The notes below the pieces were generated by a model. It saw nothing but the letters and a program-made list of their open reading frames with translations, was not told the DNA's origin and did no database searches. DNA of 64,000 nt from Hyphomicrobiales bacterium. GTDB taxonomy: Bacteria; Pseudomonadota; Alphaproteobacteria; Rhizobiales; JACESI01. The stretch is from assembly GCA_039989895.1 (NCBI GenBank), contig JBDXGY010000002.1, positions 117,922 to 181,921 of the forward strand. Direction: 5' to 3'. A program made the position numbers and the translations under genes. Shown piece after piece: positions 57,354 through 64,000 of this stretch (position 1 is the stretch's first letter; each line of letters starts with the position of its first letter).

Positions 57354-58754
57354 TTGAATTTGAAGGATTGTACCCTGTCTGATAAACCGCAAAAATCTAA
57401 TACGCCCTTTAAGTCTTCTAAATCAAAGGGCACTCCTGGATATGATGCACGTAAACGTGCGCTTGATGTTGTCGCTCGCGTGCTTGATGAGGGTCAGCCA
57501 CTTGAATATCTGCTTGATCGTAATAACGATGATGCGATGCCTGCAAATGATCGTGCGCTTGCCCGCGCGATAGCGGCGACAACATTAAGACGCAAGGGGC
57601 AGATTGATAGGGCCTTAGGCAGCTTGATGCAAAAGCCACTTGGTCGACGAGGCGGTGGCGCGATGCATATTTTGCGCATAGCGGCGGCACAAATTCTCTT
57701 TATGGAAGTGCCGGACCATGCGTCTGTCAGCATTGCGATGGATATCGCTAAATCAGACCATAAGGCGCGGCATTTTTCTAAACTGATCAATGGTGTTTTG
57801 CGTGCGATGACACGGCAAAAAAAAGAGCTGTTGGCTGATATGAAGGCGCGGGATATTTTGCCTGAGTGGTTGGCAAGAACATGGGATAATGCCTATGGGC
57901 GGTCGACATGTGAAGATATGGCCATTGCTCTTTCTCATGAGCCTTATCTCGATATCAGCGTAAAGCCTGAAGCGAGTGATTATGCGGATAAACTAGGTGG
58001 TGAATTATTGCCCAATGGCAGTGTGCGATTAAAATCGCGCGGCATGGTGTCTGACCTTGCAGGTTTTAAAGAAGGTGATTGGTGGGTTCAAGATATGGCG
58101 GCAAGTCTTGCGCCGGGGCTGTTGGGTGATGTGGGCGGTAAGCGTGTTGCCGATTTATGTGCAGCCCCTGGTGGAAAGAGTGCTTATCTTGCCGCGCGTG
58201 GTGCCAATGTCACGGCTGTTGATGTATCGGCTGAGCGTTTGAAAAGACTTGATGAAAATCTCACGCGTCTGCAATTGAGCGCAGATGTAATCGAAGCCGA
58301 TATTGAGAAATGGATGCCGGACGCTCTTTACGATTGCGTCTTGCTGGATGCACCGTGTTCTGCGACGGGGACCGCACGCAGACATCCGGATATTTTATGG
58401 TTGAAATCTCCTGAGCTTGTCGAGCGGTTGGTTTTGGTACAGCGCTCATTGTTAAAGCGGGCCGTAGATCTTTTAAAACCGGGTGGCACTTTTGTGTTTT
58501 GCACCTGTTCACTGCAGCCAGAAGAAGGCGAAGCAATTCTTGATTTTGTAAAGCAAGAGGCATTGCCGCTTGAGCTTGTTCCGATCATGCCGCAAGAGCT
58601 TGGTGGCTTCTCAGATATACTACGTCCAGATGGCAGCATACGTACGAGACCGGATCACCGCCCCCTTGCCCAAGGTGTCTCACCGGTTGCCAATGACCTG
58701 TTTTTTGCAGGGCTAGATGGTTTCTTCATGGCTAAATTTCAAAAAAATAATTAA
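57354..58754 (+). CDS. rsmB: 16S rRNA (cytosine-C5)-methyltransferase RsmB/Sun family
   Basis: 466-aa ORF with a NusB-like N-terminus. SAM-MTase DLCAAPGGKS, LLDAPCSATGT, FCTCSLQPEEGE. The exact start is uncertain (non-ATG). Confidence 0.85.
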   Translation: MNLKDCTLSDKPQKSNTPFKSSKSKGTPGYDARKRALDVVARVLDEGQPLEYLLDRNNDDAMPANDRALARAIAATTLRRKGQIDRALGSLMQKPLGRRGGGAMHILRIAAAQILFMEVPDHASVSIAMDIAKSDHKARHFSKLINGVLRAMTRQKKELLADMKARDILPEWLARTWDNAYGRSTCEDMAIALSHEPYLDISVKPEASDYADKLGGELLPNGSVRLKSRGMVSDLAGFKEGDWWVQDMAASLAPGLLGDVGGKRVADLCAAPGGKSAYLAARGANVTAVDVSAERLKRLDENLTRLQLSADVIEADIEKWMPDALYDCVLLDAPCSATGTARRHPDILWLKSPELVERLVLVQRSLLKRAVDLLKPGGTFVFCTCSLQPEEGEAILDFVKQEALPLELVPIMPQELGGFSDILRPDGSIRTRPDHRPLAQGVSPVANDLFFAGLDGFFMAKFQKNN

Positions 58755-58898
58755 TATTTTTTGTGGTAATAGGCGATAATTTGTTGTGTACATATTAAAT
58801 AATTACTTATTGATTGAAGAGGGCTTTCCATTCTGGGTGAAAGCTGAATTAATTAGGTCAGTGTATATTCGAAAACAGTTTCGTAAGATGGATAAACG

Positions 58899-60617
58899 TT
58901 GAACGTGACAACAACCTTTGCAGATAAGATAAAATTTGCTCGCCTTTTTAGTGCGGGTGCTTTTTTTTCGATCTTGCGAAAGTTTCATTCCAACCCTTTG
59001 ACGAGGTTGCGGCTTGTTGGACCAACGGCGTCAGAATTGCTTATCGCCCCACAAGATATTTCTACTGCAGATGCGACACGGGCAAATGATATCTATACTG
59101 GATACTTTTCATTTGGCGGTCATACGGTTAATTGTGGTGGCCGCTCTCCTTTTGAGATGGAGGACGAGCCTCTTTTCTGGTTAGATAAGCTGCATGCGTT
59201 TGGTTGGCTTAAGCATTTGCGTGTTGCTGAAAATTCTGTATCGCGTACTCAAGCTCGACTTTTCGTTGATGATTGGATCAAGCTAAATAATAATATTGGG
59301 TCGGTCGCTTGGGATATTGAGTGCACTGCAAAGCGGGTGATTGCTTGGCTTTGCCATTCACCCTTGTTGCTTGAAGACTGCGATCATGCCTTTTATCAAC
59401 GATTCATGCGCAGCTTGACGCGGCAAGTGCGGTTTTTACGTTTGACGGTGGGCAATATGCCGGCTGGCTTGCCTCGTTTGCTTGTGTCAATTGCACTTTC
59501 TTATGCGGCTATATCCATGTCGGGCCATAGTGTTTTTATTCGTAATTCCACAAAAAGGCTTGATAGAGAATTGAAAGCGCAAATCCTGCCTGATGGGGGA
59601 CATATTAGCCGTAATCCAAGCGCGGTTATTACAATCCTTGCCCTTTTGATGCCCTTGCGACAAGCCATCATTGCTCGTGATATTGTGCCGAGCGATGTTT
59701 TGATTGGTAGTATTGATCGCATGATACCGGTTTTGCGGTTTTTTAGAATGGGCGATGGAACATTTGGTCAGTTTAACGGTATGGGTGACACACCAAGTGA
59801 TCTGGTGGCAACACTCTTTGTTTATGATGACGTGGGTGGTTCTCCGGTCTTGAATGCTAGCCATTCGGGATATCAGCGCTTGCTGGGTGGAGATGCCGTC
59901 GTGCTGATGGATACAGGAAGCGTGCCAGCACAAAGTTTATCGAATGAAATTCATGCTGGCTGCCTATCCTTTGAATTAAGTGCTGAGAGGGAACGTATTG
60001 TTATCAATTGTGGCCGTTGCAATTATCATAATGATGATATGGAAGAGGACCGCTATGAAAGAATATCTCGTTCGACAGCAGCCCATTCAACCTTGTCAAT
60101 TAATGAAGAATCTTCATGTCGGTTTATCACGAATAAAGGGTTCAGTCGTTTTATTGGGACATCATTATTATCTGGCCCAACAAAGATTGATGTTCAGCGT
60201 TCACAAAGTGAGAAGGAGGTAAATGTTAGTGCAGAGCACGATGGTTACATTCGGCCCTTCGGATTAAAACATCAGCGCTCAATTAAACTGTCTTCTGATG
60301 GGGTATTTCTATCTGGCCAAGATATTTTAACCCACGGTAACGGCCAAAGCCCAAATGCAAATAACCCTAATACTTTCCAGATAAGATTTCATCTTCATCC
60401 CAACGTACAAGCTAGCCTTTCATCACCTGGAACTGTTGAGCTTAGTTTAAAGTCTGGGCGCCGCTGGCTTTTTACATGTCAAAATCTTGATATCCAACTG
60501 GATGAAAGCGTGTGTTTTTCAGATGTGTTCCGTACCAGACAAACCAAGCAAATATTATTACAAGGCAGGGTTGGGGAACATTCCGTGGTTGATTGGTCAT
60601 TTCAGCAACTTTCTTGA
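58899..60617 (+). CDS. Heparinase II/III family protein
   Basis: 572-aa ORF; ILPDGGHISRNP and HAGCLSFELS resemble the heparinase II/III-like C-terminal domain. The start codon is uncertain (TTG/GTG). Confidence 0.7.
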   Translation: MNVTTTFADKIKFARLFSAGAFFSILRKFHSNPLTRLRLVGPTASELLIAPQDISTADATRANDIYTGYFSFGGHTVNCGGRSPFEMEDEPLFWLDKLHAFGWLKHLRVAENSVSRTQARLFVDDWIKLNNNIGSVAWDIECTAKRVIAWLCHSPLLLEDCDHAFYQRFMRSLTRQVRFLRLTVGNMPAGLPRLLVSIALSYAAISMSGHSVFIRNSTKRLDRELKAQILPDGGHISRNPSAVITILALLMPLRQAIIARDIVPSDVLIGSIDRMIPVLRFFRMGDGTFGQFNGMGDTPSDLVATLFVYDDVGGSPVLNASHSGYQRLLGGDAVVLMDTGSVPAQSLSNEIHAGCLSFELSAERERIVINCGRCNYHNDDMEEDRYERISRSTAAHSTLSINEESSCRFITNKGFSRFIGTSLLSGPTKIDVQRSQSEKEVNVSAEHDGYIRPFGLKHQRSIKLSSDGVFLSGQDILTHGNGQSPNANNPNTFQIRFHLHPNVQASLSSPGTVELSLKSGRRWLFTCQNLDIQLDESVCFSDVFRTRQTKQILLQGRVGEHSVVDWSFQQLS

Positions 60618-60709
60618 TTGCACAAATTATAAGAAATGTGGTAGCCGCATAGCATTCAGAGCTTTACCCTGATACTGATCTACAAAAATCACTATATGAG
60701 GCGTTTTCC

Positions 60710-62323
60710 ATGGCTGTTTCTGCCATTTCTTTTGATATTCCTGATGTTGTTCCAGCCAAGCGGGCTTTGCTGTCTGTTTCTGATAAAAAAGGCATCATTG
60801 AGCTTGCTCGTGCATTGAATGGAGCTGGTGTCGAGCTTGTTTCGACCGGAGGTACTCGCAAGACGATTGCTGATGCTGGCATTCCAGTTATTGATGTATC
60901 TGATGTCACCAATTTTCCTGAAATAATGGATGGCCGTGTAAAAACATTGCACCCTTCGGTTCATGGCGGTTTGCTTGGTGTGCGCGATCATCCAGACCAT
61001 GCTAAAGCGATGGTTGATCATGGCATTGTGGGTATCGATATTGTGGTGGTCAATCTTTATCCTTTTGAAGAAACTGTTGCGACGGGCGCGGATTATTCAT
61101 CGGCTATTGAGAATGTTGATATAGGTGGCCCGGCGATGGTGCGTGCCTCTGCAAAAAATCATGCTTATGTGAGCATTGTGACAGACCCTGACGATTATGA
61201 TGATGTACTCAATGCTATCAGCGAGAAAGGCGGCACGTCTTATCAACAACGCCAAAAGTTGGCGGCGAAAGCATTTGCCATGACAGCGGCTTATGATGCG
61301 GCGGTGTCTAACTGGTTTGCTAATGAATTGAACGTTGAAATGCCCGTCAAGCGAGCTGTCGCTGGCACGCTTTCTTCTGTTATGCGCTACGGTGAAAACC
61401 CACATCAACAGGCGGGTTTTTATAAAACAGGCGCGCATCGCTTTGGTGTTTCCACGGCCTCACAGCTTCAGGGCAAGCAATTGTCATTTAACAATATCAA
61501 TGACACTGATGCGGCCTTTGAGCTGGTGGCTGAATTTGATCCAAAGCGTACGTCAGCCGTGGCCATCATTAAACATGCCAATCCATGTGGTGTGGCTGAA
61601 GGGGCGAGTTTGAGTGCTGCTTATGAGATGGCGCTTCGGTGCGACCCTGTCTCTGCTTTTGGGGGTATTGTGGCGCTGAACCAGACGCTGGATGCGCAGG
61701 CAGCGACCGAAATTGTTAAAGTCTTTACTGAAGTAATCATTGCGCCTGATGCGAGTGATGAGGCGAAAGCTATTGTTGCAAGCAAACAAAATCTTAGACT
61801 TTTAACCACCGGTGGTCTGCCTGATGTGCGTGAAAAAGCATTGAATGTACGCAGTGTAGCTGGTGGGCTTTTGATCCAAGACCGTGACAGTGGGATGGTC
61901 GATGATCTCGATTTGAAAGTGGTGACTAAACGTCAGCCGACAGAGCAAGAAATGGCTGATATGAAGTTTGCTTTCCGTGTTGCTAAGCATGTAAAATCAA
62001 ATGCGATTGTTTATGTCAAAGACGGTGCGACAGTGGGAATTGGTGCGGGACAGATGAGCCGTGTGGACTCTTCTCGCATTGCCGCACGCAAGGCGCAGGA
62101 TGCCGCGGAAGCTGCGGGTCTTGATGAAAATTTGGCCATTGGGTCGGTTGTGGCTTCAGATGCGTTTTTCCCTTTTGCTGATGGATTACTTGCAGCGGCC
62201 GAAGCAGGGGCAACTGCGATTATCCAACCCGGCGGATCGATGCGCGATGATGATGTGATTGCAGCGGCTGATGAAGCTGGTCTTGCTATGGTCTTTACAG
62301 GGATGCGTCACTTTAGACACTAG
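60710..62323 (+). CDS. purH: Bifunctional AICAR transformylase / IMP cyclohydrolase
   Basis: 537-aa ORF: [34 protein letters not shown], and a C-terminal QPGGSMRD...MRHFRH. Confidence 0.95.
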   Translation: MAVSAISFDIPDVVPAKRALLSVSDKKGIIELARALNGAGVELVSTGGTRKTIADAGIPVIDVSDVTNFPEIMDGRVKTLHPSVHGGLLGVRDHPDHAKAMVDHGIVGIDIVVVNLYPFEETVATGADYSSAIENVDIGGPAMVRASAKNHAYVSIVTDPDDYDDVLNAISEKGGTSYQQRQKLAAKAFAMTAAYDAAVSNWFANELNVEMPVKRAVAGTLSSVMRYGENPHQQAGFYKTGAHRFGVSTASQLQGKQLSFNNINDTDAAFELVAEFDPKRTSAVAIIKHANPCGVAEGASLSAAYEMALRCDPVSAFGGIVALNQTLDAQAATEIVKVFTEVIIAPDASDEAKAIVASKQNLRLLTTGGLPDVREKALNVRSVAGGLLIQDRDSGMVDDLDLKVVTKRQPTEQEMADMKFAFRVAKHVKSNAIVYVKDGATVGIGAGQMSRVDSSRIAARKAQDAAEAAGLDENLAIGSVVASDAFFPFADGLLAAAEAGATAIIQPGGSMRDDDVIAAADEAGLAMVFTGMRHFRH

Positions 62324-62332
62324 GAAACACTC

Positions 62333-62806
62333 ATGGCTGACATTAAAAAAACGGATACTTCTAGCCTCACTATGTTGGGGGGCACTGTCAGTACGCCGCA
62401 AAGCCCTGATGAGGCGACATTAGAGCGTGTGCCAAATAACAATGCGGATATGGATTATGTTGTGCGCTTTGTGCAGCCTGAGTTCACGTCGCTTTGCCCG
62501 CTAACAGGCCAGCCTGATTTTGCACACCTGATTATTGATTATATTCCAGATGCTTATCTGGTTGAATCAAAGTCTTTGAAGCTGTTTTTGACCTCTTTCA
62601 GAAACCATGGCTCCTTTCATGAAGATTGCACCTTGTCGATTGCCAAGCGCGTGATCGATGCTATTGAACCTCGATGGCTCAGAATTGGTGGTTACTGGTA
62701 TCCGCGCGGTGGTATGCCAATTGATGTCTTCTGGCAGTCGGGCGAAGCGCCTACCGGTGTTTGGTTGCCCGACCAAGGTGTGCCGGGATATCGCGGGCGC
62801 GGTTAG
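62333..62806 (+). CDS. queF: NADPH-dependent 7-cyano-7-deazaguanine reductase
   Basis: 157-aa ORF: [22 protein letters not shown], and a unimodular QueF-type length. Confidence 0.9.
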   Translation: MADIKKTDTSSLTMLGGTVSTPQSPDEATLERVPNNNADMDYVVRFVQPEFTSLCPLTGQPDFAHLIIDYIPDAYLVESKSLKLFLTSFRNHGSFHEDCTLSIAKRVIDAIEPRWLRIGGYWYPRGGMPIDVFWQSGEAPTGVWLPDQGVPGYRGRG

Positions 62807-62874
62807 CTATTAATCATTTATGCTTACATAGTATTTAGAATTAACTCCAGAGTGATTCTTTCTGGAGATTTTCA

Positions 62875-64000
62875 TTGGAACATTACGATCTTATTGTTAT
62901 TGGCAGCGGTCCTGCGGGTCGGCGTGGTGCTATTCAGGCCGCTAAACTCGGCAAGAAAGTTCTGGTCGTTGAACGTGGTCGTCGGGTTGGCGGTGTATCA
63001 GTTCATACGGGCACCATTCCTTCAAAAACACTGCGCGAAACGGCGCTGAATCTTTCCGGTTGGCGTGAGCGTGGATTTTATGGTCGAGCGTATCGGGTGA
63101 AGCAAGACCTGACAGCCGAAGACCTGAGAACCAGATTGCATATGACACTGGACCATGAGGTTGAAGTGCTTGAACACCAATTCGCCCGCAATCGCGTCAC
63201 GACTGTGATGGGGAACGCAAAGTTCGTTGATAAAAAAACTATTGAAGTAACCGGTGATGAAGGCGAAGCGATTAACTTTACGGCTGAAAAATTCCTGCTT
63301 GCCGTTGGAACACAGCCCTTTCGCCCAGACTATATTCCTTTCAATGACCACTCGATTTTAGATAGCGACAGCATTTTGGAATTGCCTGAACTGCCGCGTT
63401 CGATGAGTATCATTGGCGCCGGTGTGATTGGCATCGAATATGCCACAATTTTTAATTCACTAGATGTGCAAGTGACCCTTATTGAACCAAGAGATTCGAT
63501 GCTCGATTTCATTGACCGGGAATTAGTCGATGATTTTACGTATCAGCTGAGAGACAGAGGCATGGTTCTGCGCTTTGGTAAGAAGGCTGAGCGTGTTAGT
63601 GAAACCGAAAATGGTGGCTGTGAAATTACCCTTGAAGGGGGTCGCTCGATTCGCTCTGACATTGTTCTTTTTGCCGCTGGTCGCATGGGTGCAACCACGA
63701 CACTTGGTCTTGATGAGTGTGGTTTGTCTTGTGATCACCGTGGTCGCCTTACAGTCGATCCCAATACGTTTGAGACAGAAGCCGAGGGCATTTATGCAGC
63801 CGGCGATGTGATTGGTTTTCCAAGCCTTGCCTCCACCTCGATGGAGCAGGGGCGCATTGCTATGTGTCACGCTTTTGACCAAAAAGGTCATGCGCCGCCA
63901 GAATATTTTCCTTATGGTATTTATTCGGTGCCGGAGATTTCAACTGTGGGCATGACCGAAGAAGAAGTGATTGAACGCGATATCCCTTATGAGTGCGGTA
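62875..64000 (+). CDS. sthA: Soluble pyridine nucleotide transhydrogenase (Si-specific), 5' partial, running off the window
   Basis: Not in the ORF track because there is no stop in the window. The TTG at 62875 (GGAG 7 nt upstream) opens (M)EHYDLIVIGSGPAGRRGAIQAAKLGKKVLVVE...GTIPSKTLRE...IIGAGVIGIEYA...YAAGDVIGFPSLAS. Open to position 64000. Confidence 0.8.
   Translation, partial: MEHYDLIVIGSGPAGRRGAIQAAKLGKKVLVVERGRRVGGVSVHTGTIPSKTLRETALNLSGWRERGFYGRAYRVKQDLTAEDLRTRLHMTLDHEVEVLEHQFARNRVTTVMGNAKFVDKKTIEVTGDEGEAINFTAEKFLLAVGTQPFRPDYIPFNDHSILDSDSILELPELPRSMSIIGAGVIGIEYATIFNSLDVQVTLIEPRDSMLDFIDRELVDDFTYQLRDRGMVLRFGKKAERVSETENGGCEITLEGGRSIRSDIVLFAAGRMGATTTLGLDECGLSCDHRGRLTVDPNTFETEAEGIYAAGDVIGFPSLASTSMEQGRIAMCHAFDQKGHAPPEYFPYGIYSVPEISTVGMTEEEVIERDIPYECG

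Noticed and set aside
1-64000. Search by eye for CRISPR arrays, tRNA/rRNA genes and riboswitches. This included a TPP element upstream of the NMT1-like SBP (13022-13113) and a preQ1 element near queF.
   Set aside because: No regularly spaced direct repeats, no cloverleaf-like or rRNA-like segments and no conserved riboswitch cores were recognised. A computational scan (tRNAscan-SE, Infernal/Rfam, CRISPR finders) would be decisive.

Overview
This is a 64-kb chromosomal segment that looks alphaproteobacterial. The gene order (aroK/xerD/accA; hemC-hemD-Mic60-like-hemY opposite tsaD-gpsA; rsmB-heparinase-purH-queF) is typical of Hyphomicrobiales/Rhizobiales, but the taxon is inference only.

The left ~13 kb is a visibly AT-richer accessory island. 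It contains:
- a GmrSD-type DUF262/DUF1524 endonuclease;
- a NERD-nuclease/SF1-helicase fusion;
- a DUF2779 gene (Cas4-like nuclease plus exonuclease-like domain);
- a decayed IS3-family element and a solo IS3-like end;
- a structurally intact IS1595-family element (24-bp inverted repeats, perfect 8-bp target-site duplication) carrying a translationally coupled passenger ORF of unknown function;
- two small membrane-protein genes, one broken by an in-frame TAG;
- a secreted protein built from six PepSY-like Cys-pair repeats.

The remaining ~51 kb is core metabolism:
- a NitT/TauT-type ABC importer with a DsrE-like gene;
- acnB, PPi-PFK, aroK, xerD, a TetR/DM13/MAPEG group and accA;
- an acyl-CoA dehydrogenase/MaoC-like/PrpD-like trio and an L,D-transpeptidase;
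- the hem cluster, tsaD and gpsA;
- a polyol (sorbitol/mannitol-type) ABC operon containing a deleted SDR remnant;
- a complete nitrate-assimilation locus (nasT, sigma-54 promoter plus antiterminator-type leader, nrtABC, nirBD, nasA);
- thermonuclease, DUF1674, htpX, rsmB, heparinase II/III, purH, queF and a 5' part of sthA.

No rRNA, tRNA or CRISPR array was recognised. The best candidates for something new are the nuclease/helicase cluster at 106-5786, the passenger gene inside the IS1595 element (7510-8550) and the membrane-protein pair at 10103-11341.

All domain calls come from motif recognition by eye, not from HMM searches.
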